This document shows, in pieces, positions 1-11,741 of a DNA stretch of 64,000 bases. The stretch comes from Nitrosotalea sp. Lineage in GTDB: Bacteria > Chloroflexota > Dormibacteria > Dormibacterales > Dormibacteraceae. Within the stretch, counting starts at the first letter, position 1. Each line of letters starts with the position of its first letter. Both the position numbers and the translations under genes were made by a program. Location: assembly GCA_035534295.1 (NCBI GenBank), contig DATLSE010000046.1, forward strand, positions 6,325 through 70,324, in the 5' to 3' direction. Under the pieces are notes generated by a model. It saw nothing but the letters and a program-made list of their open reading frames with translations. It did not search any database and had not been told where the DNA came from.

Positions 1-1
1 C

Positions 2-292
2 GCCGCCCGCACCGTGCTGACCGGCGGCCGGGAGGTCAGCCTGGGCCCGCTTGAGTTCCGACTGCTGGAGTATTTCGCCCGCAACGCTGGCATCGCCGTC
101 TCCCGCGAGCAGATTCTGAACGAGGTGTACGGATATGACGCCGACATCTCGACCGAGCGCGTGGACCTCCTGGTCAGGCGCCTGCGGAGCAAGCTCGGCG
201 AAGGACTCGACCGGGGAAATCAGCTGGTCGCAGTCGCTGGCTATGGGTATCGGTTGGAGCGGAGGGCGGGCGAGCGCGCGGCCGGCGGCTAG
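2..292 (+). CDS. OmpR/PhoB-family response regulator, C-terminal winged-helix DNA-binding domain only (5' end lies outside the window)
   Basis: The frame is open from the window edge. The translation AARTVLTGGREVSLGPLEFRLLEYFARNAG...VDLLVRRLRSKL...GYGYRL is a Trans_reg_C-type domain. Confidence 0.8.
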   Translation, partial: AARTVLTGGREVSLGPLEFRLLEYFARNAGIAVSREQILNEVYGYDADISTERVDLLVRRLRSKLGEGLDRGNQLVAVAGYGYRLERRAGERAAGG

Positions 293-310
293 GGATAGAA
301 TCGTGGGGCT

Positions 311-553
311 TTGGCATATGTGATCACGGAACCCTGTGTCGGAACCAAGGACGCGTCGTGCGTCGAGGTCTGCCCCGTGGACTGCATCCACACCGACGAT
401 AAGGCAGAGATCTACTACATCGATCCTGACGAGTGCATCGACTGCGGCGCCTGCGTTGACCCCTGTCCGGTCGACGCCATCTATCCCGAGGACGAGGTCC
501 CCGCGCAGTGGACGTCGTTCATCAAAGTCAACGCCGACTACTTCAAGAAATAA
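311..553 (+). CDS. Ferredoxin (FdxA-like, two Cys clusters)
   Basis: TTG start at 311. [27 protein letters not shown]...[16 protein letters not shown] shows the classic bacterial 7Fe/2x[4Fe-4S] ferredoxin Cys pattern. Confidence 0.85.
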   Translation: MAYVITEPCVGTKDASCVEVCPVDCIHTDDKAEIYYIDPDECIDCGACVDPCPVDAIYPEDEVPAQWTSFIKVNADYFKK

Positions 554-1644
554 TGAGTCGCCACAGCGTCACCCTGATCCCCGGCGACGGGGTTGGTCCG
601 GAGATCTGCGATGCGACCGTCCGCGTGATCGAGGCCACCGGAGTCAAGTTCGATTGGGACGTACAGCAGGCCGGGGAGAACGTGATGGCCGAATTCGGCA
701 CCCCGCTGCCCGAGCACGTTCTGAGCTCCATCCGGCGCAACAAGGTGGCCCTCAAGGGACCGATCACGACGCCGATCGGGACCGGCTTCCGCAGCGTCAA
801 CGTGGCGCTGCGCTTGGAGCTGGATCTCTTCGCCTGCCTGCGCCCGGTCAAGGCCTACCCGGGGGCGCGCAATCTGCGCGACGATCTGGATCTGATCTTC
901 GTACGCGAGAATTCGGAGGACATCTACACCGGAGTCGAGTTCGAAGAGGGAAGTCCCGACTGCCTACACCTGATCGACGAGCTCTCGACCCTGAGCGGAA
1001 AGAAAATCAGGACCGACTCCGGTCTTTCAATCAAGCCGATCTCGATCTTCGGCACCCAGCGCATCGTCCGCTACAGCCTTGAATACGCGCGGCGATACGG
1101 GCGGCGCAAGGTCACTCTGGTCCACAAGGCCAACATCATGAAACACACCGACGGGCTGTTTCTGCGCGTTGGGCGAGAGGTGGCCAAGGACTATCCCGAC
1201 ATCGAGTTCGAGGATCGCATCGTCGACAACATGTCCATGCAGCTGGTCCTGCGCCCGCAGGAGCAGGATGTGATGGTCCTGCCCAACCTGTATGGCGATA
1301 TCCTTTCCGACCTCGGCGCGGGCATGATCGGGGGCTTGGGCCTTGCCCCGGGGGCCAACATCGGCGCCGACGTCTCGGTCTTTGAGGCCACTCACGGCAG
1401 CGCTCCCAAGTACGCGGGTAAGAACAAGGTCAATCCGATGGCGGTGATGCTGTCGGGCGTGCTCATGCTCCGGCATCTGGAGGAGGGTGAGGCGGCGGAT
1501 CAGCTCGAAGGTGCGATCGCGGCCGTGATCAAGTCGGGCCGCGCCGTGACCTACGACATGAAGGTCGACCGCAACGATCCCGACGCCGTCGGCACGAGCC
1601 AGGTGGCCGACGCGATCGTCGACCATATGGGGGCCGGCGCCTGA
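553..1644 (+). CDS. icd: Isocitrate dehydrogenase (isocitrate/isopropylmalate dehydrogenase family)
   Basis: ATG 553 ([18 protein letters not shown]) overlaps the ferredoxin stop (TAATG). IDH-like motifs [25 protein letters not shown] and NLYGDILSD are present. The ORF-track start at 508 is probably an over-extension. Confidence 0.8.
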   Translation: MSRHSVTLIPGDGVGPEICDATVRVIEATGVKFDWDVQQAGENVMAEFGTPLPEHVLSSIRRNKVALKGPITTPIGTGFRSVNVALRLELDLFACLRPVKAYPGARNLRDDLDLIFVRENSEDIYTGVEFEEGSPDCLHLIDELSTLSGKKIRTDSGLSIKPISIFGTQRIVRYSLEYARRYGRRKVTLVHKANIMKHTDGLFLRVGREVAKDYPDIEFEDRIVDNMSMQLVLRPQEQDVMVLPNLYGDILSDLGAGMIGGLGLAPGANIGADVSVFEATHGSAPKYAGKNKVNPMAVMLSGVLMLRHLEEGEAADQLEGAIAAVIKSGRAVTYDMKVDRNDPDAVGTSQVADAIVDHMGAGA

Positions 1645-1656
1645 TCGATCTCGGCC

Positions 1657-2259
1657 TCAGGCCCTGGCGTGGGCCAGCTGTACGACCGCGTCGATGATGA
1701 GCTGGACCGCGATGGCCGATAGCAAAAGGGCGAGCACGCGAGACAGGAAGTTGATCGCTGCGGGCCGCAACAAGCGCGAGATCTGACCGGCCAGGCTCAG
1801 CCCGGCCCCGACGACAAGGACGGTGAGCATGATGCCCAGCACCACTCCCGCCCGACCCGGCCCGTCCGAGTAACGAGTGCTGAGGACCATGACCGCCGCG
1901 ATGGCGCCGGGTCCGGCCAGGAGCGGGGTCGCCAGCGGGACCAGGGCTATGTTGCTGGCCTCGCTGGCGGGAAGGGTCTGGCCCCGGAACGACTCCAGCG
2001 CAACCAGCAGCAGGAGCAAGCCCCCGGCGATGGACAGGCTCTGGACAGATATGTGTAGGTAGCTCAGGACGGCGCCGCCAAAGAGCGCGAACCCAGTCAC
2101 GAGGGCGCCGGCGGCGAGGGCGGCCTGGATTGCCAACCAGGTTCGATCGCGGCTCTTGCGTCCCGCTGCCAAGGCGATGAACATGGGCACGTTGCCGATC
2201 GGATCCATGATCACGACCAGGGTCACAAAGCTCTGCGCAAATGCGCGCGCATTGATCAT
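1657..2259 (-). CDS. MarC/UPF0056 family integral membrane protein
   Basis: MINARAFAQSFVTLVVIMDPIGNVPMFIAL... is the family-typical N-terminus. The protein is 200 aa and multi-pass hydrophobic. Confidence 0.75.
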   Translation of the reverse strand: MINARAFAQSFVTLVVIMDPIGNVPMFIALAAGRKSRDRTWLAIQAALAAGALVTGFALFGGAVLSYLHISVQSLSIAGGLLLLLVALESFRGQTLPASEASNIALVPLATPLLAGPGAIAAVMVLSTRYSDGPGRAGVVLGIMLTVLVVGAGLSLAGQISRLLRPAAINFLSRVLALLLSAIAVQLIIDAVVQLAHARA

Positions 2260-2289
2260 CTGTGCTTCCCCAGCCCAGCCCGAGGACTG

Positions 2290-3372
2290 GTGGTCGGAGC
2301 CCCCACCCGGGGCTTCACGAAGTCCCTCGCAGGTCTTAATATGCGCATCGGCATCGCCCTCAACCCAAACCCTCCATTCGTCTCAGCACCCGGTGACGGG
2401 CGTAATCGCGGTCGCCGCCGGCGACGGCGGGACTTGCTGGCGCTCGCGCTGATTTCGATCACGGTACTGCTTGGCGCCGGCTGCGGGGTTGTGGGTGGTC
2501 ACTTCTGGCTTGGCGTCAGGGCGCCGGTGGTCCACCTCTCCCGCACTGCGGCTCACTCCAACGAGGTCTTGAGCACCGCCACTCGCCCCATCCGCCCCCT
2601 CGCCTTCAGCTCGTCCTGGCTGGCGTCCCACCCGCCGCCCGACCTCGGAATCGCCGCAACCGAGGGAATCGAGGTCGACCTTGACTCAGGGCGCGTGCTC
2701 TGGGAGAGGGCGCCCGACGTGCAGCGCGCGCCCGCCAGCCTGACCAAGATGGTCACGGCCATGGTGGCTCTGGACCTGGCTTCGATGGGCACCGAGGTGA
2801 CGGTATCGGCCCTGGCGGCCCAGGAGCCGCCAGACCTGATGGGTTTGTCGGCGGGCGAGGTGGTATCGGTCCGGGATCTCATGTACGGGATGTTCTTAGA
2901 TTCCGGCAACGACGCCGCCGAGGCCCTGGCCGACGGGCTGGTGATGCACGATCGTTTCATCGCCTTGATGAACGCTAAGGCGCGGGCGATGGGTCTGTTG
3001 GACCTCCGATTCATGAATCCGACCGGCCTGGATCAGCCGGGCCACCAGGCCAGCGCCTACGACCTGGCGGTCATCGCCGCGAGCCTGGTCACGTACTACC
3101 CTGAGCTTCTGCCCATCGCCGACACGCGACAGATCTCAATTCCGGCCACCGCCTCGCACAAGGCCTACCAGGCCTATAGCCTGGACAAGATGCTATGGAG
3201 CTACCCCGGCGCGGTGGGCCTGAAGACCGGCTTCACCGATGCCGCCGGCGGCTGCGTGGCCTCTCTGGCCGTGCGCGGGAAGCGCCGCATACTGGCCGTG
3301 GTGATGAATTCGGATGTGTTCTTCACCGACGCCGGCAAGCTCCTGGACTATGGATTCTCCACCCCGGCCTGA
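2290..3372 (+). CDS. D-alanyl-D-alanine carboxypeptidase (serine peptidase S11, low-MW PBP)
   Basis: SxxK (ASLTK), SxN (DSGND) and KTG (LKTGFT) motifs occur in the correct order. An N-terminal Arg-rich segment plus a TM helix is present. The start is uncertain (GTG 2290 or ATG 2341). Confidence 0.8.
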   Translation: MVGAPTRGFTKSLAGLNMRIGIALNPNPPFVSAPGDGRNRGRRRRRRDLLALALISITVLLGAGCGVVGGHFWLGVRAPVVHLSRTAAHSNEVLSTATRPIRPLAFSSSWLASHPPPDLGIAATEGIEVDLDSGRVLWERAPDVQRAPASLTKMVTAMVALDLASMGTEVTVSALAAQEPPDLMGLSAGEVVSVRDLMYGMFLDSGNDAAEALADGLVMHDRFIALMNAKARAMGLLDLRFMNPTGLDQPGHQASAYDLAVIAASLVTYYPELLPIADTRQISIPATASHKAYQAYSLDKMLWSYPGAVGLKTGFTDAAGGCVASLAVRGKRRILAVVMNSDVFFTDAGKLLDYGFSTPA

Positions 3373-5834
<2,462 letters not shown>

Positions 5835-5941
5835 CAAGATGTGGCGGGGTGGGTTGGGCGTTTTCAGCGCCGCCGTGCGCGGCGTGGCGCCAGAGGTCGA
5901 GAACCGGTGCCGGATCGGGGCGGGGAGGGTGACTGCATAGC

Positions 5942-6181
5942 TTGTCGGCGTACACCGTGCTCCAGCTCTTTGAACTCCTCCTCTTTTCGGGGGTGTTCTT
6001 CTACGGGTCGGCCACTCATCGGCCCTCGATCGTGGTGCTGGCGGGCGGGCTCTTGCTGGGCAAGGCGGTTTTGAACGTCATTGGCTCGGATGGAGCCTCG
6101 CTATATCGGCGATCGCTGATCGGATACGGAGTCGGCGCCATCTTCATCGCCGTTGGCGTCGTTCTGTTCAAGATCACCTAG
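5942..6181 (+). CDS. Small hypothetical membrane protein
   Basis: 79-codon ORF with a TTG start and two hydrophobic helices (LLFSGVFFYGS, GYGVGAIFIAVGVVLF). I recognise no family, and it may not be expressed. Confidence 0.3.
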   Translation: MSAYTVLQLFELLLFSGVFFYGSATHRPSIVVLAGGLLLGKAVLNVIGSDGASLYRRSLIGYGVGAIFIAVGVVLFKIT

Positions 6182-6222
6182 GCCTGCAGCCGCCTGGGCC
6201 GGGTTTCTAGACTGATTCACGC

Positions 6223-7140
6223 ATGACCCCACCCGCGCCGGTCGACCACATCACGCAGCTGGTCGGGAACACGCCGCTCGTCCGGGTCAAGATGTTCTCG
6301 GACCTCAACCCCCGACTGGACGTCTTCGCCAAGTGGGAGTGGTGCAACCCGGGCGGATCGGTCAAAGACCGCGCCGCCCTATCCATGATCGAGGACGGCG
6401 AACGCCGCGGAGTGCTGACCCGCGACCGGATTCTGATCGACTCCACCTCCGGTAACACCGGCATCGCCTACGCCCTGATCGCGCGCGCCAAGGGTTACCG
6501 GGTTCGCCTGGTCATGCCGGAGAACGTGTCGGCCGAGCGCAAGCGACTGGCCGAGGCGTACGGCGCCGAACTGGTGTACTCCGACGGCATGGAGGGCTCG
6601 GACGGAGCCATCAGGCTCTGCCACGAGCTGATCGAGCGTGACCCCGACCTCTACTTCTACCCCGATCAGTACAACAACCCGGCCAATCCGCGGGCTCACT
6701 ACGATGGAACCGCGGTCGAGATCCTGACCCAGACCGGAGGTCGGGTCAGTCACTTCATCGCCGGCCTGGGGACCACGGGGACCTTCACCGGTAGCGCGCG
6801 GCGCCTAAAGGAGCACGATCCCTCCATCCGGACCATAGCCGTACAGCCCGAGGACCCCTTTCACGGCCTGGAGGGGCTCAAGCACCTGCCCAGTGCCATC
6901 CCTCCGGGGATCTGGGATCCGAGCCTGGCCGATGACCTGTGGGGGGCTCCAACCGAAGGCGCGTACGAGCTGGCTCGGAACCTGGTCCGCAGCGAGGGTG
7001 TGCTCGTCGGCCACTCCTCGGGTGCCGTGCTCTGGGCGGTGTCCCAGCTGGCGCGGGAAGTCGACCGGGGGATGGTGGTGGTGATCTTTCCCGATCGCGG
7101 TGACCGCTACCTTTCAACCGGGCTCTACGGGGCGCGGTAG
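6223..7140 (+). CDS. PLP-dependent cysteine synthase (CysK/CysM family)
   Basis: GNTPLVRV, GGSVKDRAA (PLP Lys) and STSGNTG motifs are present. A JAMM protease gene follows 2 nt downstream, as in mec-cysO-cysM clusters. Confidence 0.85.
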   Translation: MTPPAPVDHITQLVGNTPLVRVKMFSDLNPRLDVFAKWEWCNPGGSVKDRAALSMIEDGERRGVLTRDRILIDSTSGNTGIAYALIARAKGYRVRLVMPENVSAERKRLAEAYGAELVYSDGMEGSDGAIRLCHELIERDPDLYFYPDQYNNPANPRAHYDGTAVEILTQTGGRVSHFIAGLGTTGTFTGSARRLKEHDPSIRTIAVQPEDPFHGLEGLKHLPSAIPPGIWDPSLADDLWGAPTEGAYELARNLVRSEGVLVGHSSGAVLWAVSQLAREVDRGMVVVIFPDRGDRYLSTGLYGAR

Positions 7141-7142
7141 CG

Positions 7143-7553
7143 ATGCGCATCAGCCCCGTGGCCATGGACCAGATTCGGGCCCACGCCGAATCTGGTTATC
7201 CGTTTGAGATCTGCGGGATCATGATCGCCGCCCAGGAGCAGGGGGTTGTGACCACCACCGAGCCCGTGCGCAACACCGTCGTCGATCGGGCGCGTGACCG
7301 CTACGAGATGGATCCGGTGGACCAGATCCGGGTCCAGCGCCGCTGCGACGCCGAGAGGACCTCGATCATCGGCTATTACCACAGCCACCCAGATCATCCC
7401 GCGTGGGCCTCTTTGACCGACGCTGAGCGCGCCTGGAAGGGTCCGGTGTACCTGATAGTCAGCTGTGCTCAGGGCCGGGTGGTCGACGCCAACGCGTTCA
7501 TCGCCGTTGCTGACGGCGGACCCATGGAGCAGACCGAACTCATCGTCGAATGA
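7143..7553 (+). CDS. JAMM/MPN+ (Mov34) metalloprotease, Mec+-like
   Basis: Single-domain 136-aa protein with FEICG Glu and HSHPDHPAWASLTD (HxHx7Sx2D JAMM motif). Confidence 0.85.
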   Translation: MRISPVAMDQIRAHAESGYPFEICGIMIAAQEQGVVTTTEPVRNTVVDRARDRYEMDPVDQIRVQRRCDAERTSIIGYYHSHPDHPAWASLTDAERAWKGPVYLIVSCAQGRVVDANAFIAVADGGPMEQTELIVE

Positions 7554-7596
7554 GTCCCGGCGGCGGCCGCCCCCCCGCCCGGGCCACAATGAGGCG

Positions 7597-8916
7597 GTGT
7601 CCCGACCCGTGGTTGCACTTGTGGGGCGTCCCAACACCGGCAAGTCGACCCTCTTCAACCGTCTCATCGGCCGGCGCCAGGCCATCGTCGACGCTCAACC
7701 GGGCCTGACCCGGGACCGTCTCTACGGAGTGGCGGATTGGAACGGGCGTGAGTTCACCGTGGTCGACACCGCGGGCCTCCTCTTCGGCGCCGATGAGGGG
7801 TCGCAGGCGGCCATCGAAGAGCAGACGCGACTGGCCATCGCCGAGGCGAGTTTGATCGTCCTCATGCTCGATGTTCGCCAGGGTCTGACCCCGATCGATC
7901 GCGACATCATGCAGATGCTGCGCCGGTCGGCGCGGCCGGTGGTCGTGGCCGCGAACAAGGCTGACCACCCGGGCCAGGATCACTTTCGGCACGAGATCTT
8001 GGAACTCGGATTGGGGGAGCCGGTCCTGATCTCGGGTCAGCATGGGTTGGGCATCGGTGAGCTGCTGGACGAGATCGTGCTCCGGCTGCCCGCACCCGAG
8101 GAGAGCGTTGCGGCCGAAGAGGAGACCGCGCGACTGGCCATCATGGGACGCCCCAACGTGGGCAAATCCTCGCTCTTGAACCGTCTCCTGGGCGAGTCGC
8201 GGTCGGTAGTCTCCGAGGAGCCCGGGACCACGCGCGATCCGGTCGATACCGAGATCATCTTCGACGGCCTGCCGGTGACACTGGTCGACACGGCCGGGAT
8301 CAGGCGCCGCTCGGCGGCGCGAGACCGGGCCGAGCACTTCAGCCTCCTGCGCGGAATCAAGGCCATGGAGCGAGCCGACGCCTCGATCCTGGTCATGGAT
8401 GCGACCGAGGGCGTCCTGGCCCAAGACCAGCATGTGGCCGGATACGCCCTTGAGGCGGGCAAGGGGCTGATCCTGGTCGTGAACAAGGTGGATCTGCTCC
8501 CCGCCATAGATAAAAAGCAAACCCTGTGGCGCGAGCGCGTCCTCTCCCAGTTCAGATTCTTTGCCCACGCGCCCGTCCTGACCATCTCCGCCCTGACCGG
8601 GGAGGGGGTGGAGCGCGTGCTCCCGGCCGCGCTCGAGGTGGTGGGCCAACGCCGCATCCGGATTGGCACCAACCAGCTCAACCGGCTCTTCCGGGAGGCT
8701 TTCGAGCAACATCCGCCTCCCAGCTTCAAGGGACGCCGGCTGAACTTTAAATACGCCACCCAGGCCGCCAGCGAGGCGCCCACGTTTGTTCTCTTCGTCA
8801 ACGACGTGGGATTGCTCCACTTCTCCTACCGCCGCTACCTGGAGAATCAGCTGCGCGCCGCCCACGGCTTCAACGGCAACCCGATCAAGATCGTCCTGCG
8901 TGCGGCGAGGGACTGA
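7597..8916 (+). CDS. der: Ribosome-associated GTPase Der (EngA)
   Basis: Two tandem GTPase domains (GRPNTGKSTLFNRL and GRPNVGKSSLLNRL) plus a KH-like C-terminus. Preferred start is GTG 7597 (VSRPVVALVGRPN). The ORF-track start at 7465 would overlap the JAMM gene. Confidence 0.9.
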   Translation: MSRPVVALVGRPNTGKSTLFNRLIGRRQAIVDAQPGLTRDRLYGVADWNGREFTVVDTAGLLFGADEGSQAAIEEQTRLAIAEASLIVLMLDVRQGLTPIDRDIMQMLRRSARPVVVAANKADHPGQDHFRHEILELGLGEPVLISGQHGLGIGELLDEIVLRLPAPEESVAAEEETARLAIMGRPNVGKSSLLNRLLGESRSVVSEEPGTTRDPVDTEIIFDGLPVTLVDTAGIRRRSAARDRAEHFSLLRGIKAMERADASILVMDATEGVLAQDQHVAGYALEAGKGLILVVNKVDLLPAIDKKQTLWRERVLSQFRFFAHAPVLTISALTGEGVERVLPAALEVVGQRRIRIGTNQLNRLFREAFEQHPPPSFKGRRLNFKYATQAASEAPTFVLFVNDVGLLHFSYRRYLENQLRAAHGFNGNPIKIVLRAARD

Positions 8917-8930
8917 TCCAGGGTCCCGGC

Positions 8931-8955
8931 CGCGGGCGCGCGACACCCGCGTTTA
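8931..8955 (+). terminator. Possible intrinsic terminator after der
   Basis: CGCGGG-9 nt-CCCGCG hairpin followed by TTTA, 15 nt after the der stop. The stem and T-tract are both short. Confidence 0.3.
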
Positions 8956-9011
8956 CAAATGCATCAAGACAAGATGTTGGGCGGCGGACAATATGAGGCT
9001 CAAATGAGGCT

Positions 9012-9716
9012 GTGAACACAACCGCCGCGACCCACAAGGTCCTGGTCGTCGACGACGAGGACCACATCCTGGAGCTGGCTCGGCTCTACCTCGCGCGCGA
9101 GGGCTACTCGATCGAGACCGTCACCGACGGAGCTCAGGCCATGTCCCGCTTCAATCAGGTCAAGCCTGACCTGGTCGTGCTGGACATCATGCTGCCCGGT
9201 CTTGATGGGGTGTCGATCTGTAGGGAGATCCGCAAACAGAGCCAGGTCCCGATCATCATGTTGACGGCTCGCGACGACGTCACCGACAAGGTGGTCGGAC
9301 TCGAAATGGGTGCGGACGATTACCTGACCAAGCCCTTCCATCCGCAGGAGTTGGTGGCGCGAGCCAAGGCTCTCCTGCGCCGGGCCCGGCTCGACCCCGA
9401 CCAGCCCCGGTTGGTCCGGGCCGGACGCCTCGAGATCGACTTCGAACGCCACGAGGTGCGTTTCGAGGAGCGCCGCGTCCAACTACGGCCCAAGGAGTTC
9501 GACCTCATCGCGCTTCTGGCTCGCCACCCGGGCCGGGTTTTTCAGCGCAGTGAGCTGCTGGACCTGGTCTGGGGCTACGACTTCCCCGGCTACACCCGTA
9601 CCGTCGACGTCCATGTTCAGCAGCTGCGGGAAAAGCTGGCCGAGGCGAGGATTCAGGACCCCTCGATCCAGACCGTCTGGGGAGTGGGGTACAAGTTGGA
9701 GCTGACCGAAAGCTGA
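9012..9716 (+). CDS. OmpR-family two-component response regulator
   Basis: Receiver domain (VLVVDDE...DLVVLDIMLPGLDG...TARD...KPF) plus a Trans_reg_C domain (RPKEFDLIALLARHPGRVF...VWGVGYKL). Confidence 0.9.
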   Translation: MNTTAATHKVLVVDDEDHILELARLYLAREGYSIETVTDGAQAMSRFNQVKPDLVVLDIMLPGLDGVSICREIRKQSQVPIIMLTARDDVTDKVVGLEMGADDYLTKPFHPQELVARAKALLRRARLDPDQPRLVRAGRLEIDFERHEVRFEERRVQLRPKEFDLIALLARHPGRVFQRSELLDLVWGYDFPGYTRTVDVHVQQLREKLAEARIQDPSIQTVWGVGYKLELTES

Positions 9717-11233
9717 GCCTGCGCATCCGGCTACTCCTGGCCGTCGTTGGCATCGTCGGGGTGAGCCTGGTCCTGACCGGTGGGGTAACCCTATCCCTGT
9801 TCAAGCAGCTGGACGTCAACAACGCCCAGCAGGAGCTGGACCTCAACGTCATCCGTTACAAGCAGCTGGTCATGAGTACCCAGTGTCAAGCGCGAATAGG
9901 ATGTGTGGCCGACCCCAGTGAGCTGGTCGGGATTCTAAACCAGTCGGTTGCGCTCAATCGCTTTGGACTGGGAGGCGACCGTCTGCTTCTCCTGCAGGGG
10001 CCGCCAACCGGAGAGACCACGGTCATCTTCGACAGCCAGGGATCATCCCTGCTTGGCTCTTCGATACCAATCCAAGGCAATCCTCTGACCGTGTCTGGCA
10101 GCCAGGTATATCCCGCCCGAATCAGCTTCGGAGGTGTGTCGTACATGCTCGCCGCCTCCTACGTGGGCAGCGCCCGCTCGCTCGCCCCGTATCAGGGCTG
10201 GGTCGTGCTCGCTCGCCCCCTGAGCGCGGTGGAGGCCGAGGCCACAAGTCAGCTCTTGCCTCCGATTCTGGCTGCCGGGATAGCCGGTCTGCTGCTGGCC
10301 GTGGTGGTAACGATGCTCATCAGCCGGGCCATGACCAGGCCCCTGGCCGAACTCGAACTGGCCGCTCGGGACGTGGCCGAGGGCAACTATTCACGCCGGG
10401 TCACAGTCGGTGGAGGGTCCGAGATCGGGATCGTGGGAGATGCCTTCAACGAGATGGCAGCCGCTGTCGAGCGCGCCCGAGAGATGCAGCGCCGGTTCCT
10501 GGCCGACGTGTCACACGAGCTTAAAACGCCCCTGACCAGCCTGATCGGATTCTCCCAGGCTCTGGTCGACGACAGCCCGCTGAGCGAGGCCGAGCGTCAC
10601 CGCGCCGCCACCATCCTGCACGAGGAGGCAGAGCGTGTACTGCGCATGTCCCAGGAGCTGCTGGACCTGGCCCGGGTTGAGTCGGGTGAGCTGCACATCG
10701 ATACCCAGGCCGTCGACGTCGCCGTTCAGGTCGAGCAGGAGGTGGCTCTGGTCCGCCAGCGTGCGGAGTCTCGCCGGCTGGTGCTGCGGGTGTCGCTGGG
10801 CGACACCCTGCCACCGGCGGAAGCCGATCCCGAGCGCCTGCATCAGATTCTGGAGAATCTGCTTGACAACGCCGTCAAGTACGCCCCGGAGGCCTCGATC
10901 ATCGGGGTCGAGGCGGAGGTGAGGGGAGCCCGGATCGAGATGTCGGTGCGCAACCGGGTCGGAGGCAACGTGCCGGATCCCGTGCGCATCTTCGACCGCT
11001 TCTATCGTGCCGACCCCTCACGCTCGTCGGCAGCCGGGGGAGTGGGTCTGGGACTGGCCATCAGCAAGCGGCTGGCCACGGCCCAGGAGGGCGATCTGCA
11101 AGCTCGTCTTGAGGCGGGGGATTTGATCATGACTCTGAGTCTTCCGGTACGGGCGGAGGCACGCCCGAACGCCTCCTCGGCTGTGCGATCGACCGTGCGC
11201 CTGCTGTGGCCGCATCAAGACTCCACGCCCTGA
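9713..11233 (+). CDS. Sensor histidine kinase (TM-periplasmic-HAMP-HisKA-HATPase_c)
   Basis: H-box FLADVSHELKTPLTS, N-box LLDNAVKYAP and G-box GGVGLGLAISKRL are present. The first canonical start (GTG 9761) falls inside predicted TM1. The in-frame upstream codons encode KLSLRIRLLLAVVGIVG, so a CTG at 9713 (overlapping the RR stop, CTGA) is a candidate start. The 5' end is uncertain. Confidence 0.85.
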   Translation: MSLRIRLLLAVVGIVGVSLVLTGGVTLSLFKQLDVNNAQQELDLNVIRYKQLVMSTQCQARIGCVADPSELVGILNQSVALNRFGLGGDRLLLLQGPPTGETTVIFDSQGSSLLGSSIPIQGNPLTVSGSQVYPARISFGGVSYMLAASYVGSARSLAPYQGWVVLARPLSAVEAEATSQLLPPILAAGIAGLLLAVVVTMLISRAMTRPLAELELAARDVAEGNYSRRVTVGGGSEIGIVGDAFNEMAAAVERAREMQRRFLADVSHELKTPLTSLIGFSQALVDDSPLSEAERHRAATILHEEAERVLRMSQELLDLARVESGELHIDTQAVDVAVQVEQEVALVRQRAESRRLVLRVSLGDTLPPAEADPERLHQILENLLDNAVKYAPEASIIGVEAEVRGARIEMSVRNRVGGNVPDPVRIFDRFYRADPSRSSAAGGVGLGLAISKRLATAQEGDLQARLEAGDLIMTLSLPVRAEARPNASSAVRSTVRLLWPHQDSTP

Positions 11234-11269
11234 ACCCGGGGGCGGCCCACTGTCTGGAGCCGGCCCGAA

Positions 11270-11701
11270 TCAGGCCTCGCGCTGGGCGGAAGCCTTAAGG
11301 AGCCACTGCGCGGCGCCCTTGAGATAGGTCTGGGACTGGGGAAGCACCGCCAGGCGGATCTCGCCAGGGGCGGCCTCGGCACCCCACCAGCGCCAGCGGC
11401 GGAGATCGGGCCGGAACCAGTAGATCCAGGCCCGCAGGGACCAGACGTCGATGACGCAGTCGCGGGTCTGCGCGTCATCGCTGCACAGCCCCACGAACCA
11501 GGGCGGCAACAGTTCGCGCCAGCGATCGAGCGCTGGCCACGCCGGATCTGAGTTCTGGAGCACGATCAACATCACCTCGCGCGCCGAGGCCAGGGCGAGC
11601 GCGGGATCCGCGGCCGCCTGGCTGAGCAGGTCGGTCGTCAGAGGCCTTGCGGCCAGCGAGGCCGAGCGCACCCGTTCCAACTCCTCGCCCGGCTCCATCA
11701 T
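11270..11701 (-). CDS. Hypothetical protein, Trp-rich, no recognised family
   Basis: 143-codon ORF convergent with the kinase gene and filling an otherwise empty gap. The C-terminal half is W/R-rich (WSLRAWIYWFRPDLRRWRWWG). I recognise no motif. Confidence 0.45.
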   Translation of the reverse strand: MMEPGEELERVRSASLAARPLTTDLLSQAAADPALALASAREVMLIVLQNSDPAWPALDRWRELLPPWFVGLCSDDAQTRDCVIDVWSLRAWIYWFRPDLRRWRWWGAEAAPGEIRLAVLPQSQTYLKGAAQWLLKASAQREA

Positions 11702-11741
11702 CGCCGGCCGAGAGTGAACCGTGGATACGTCATCAGGTGCG

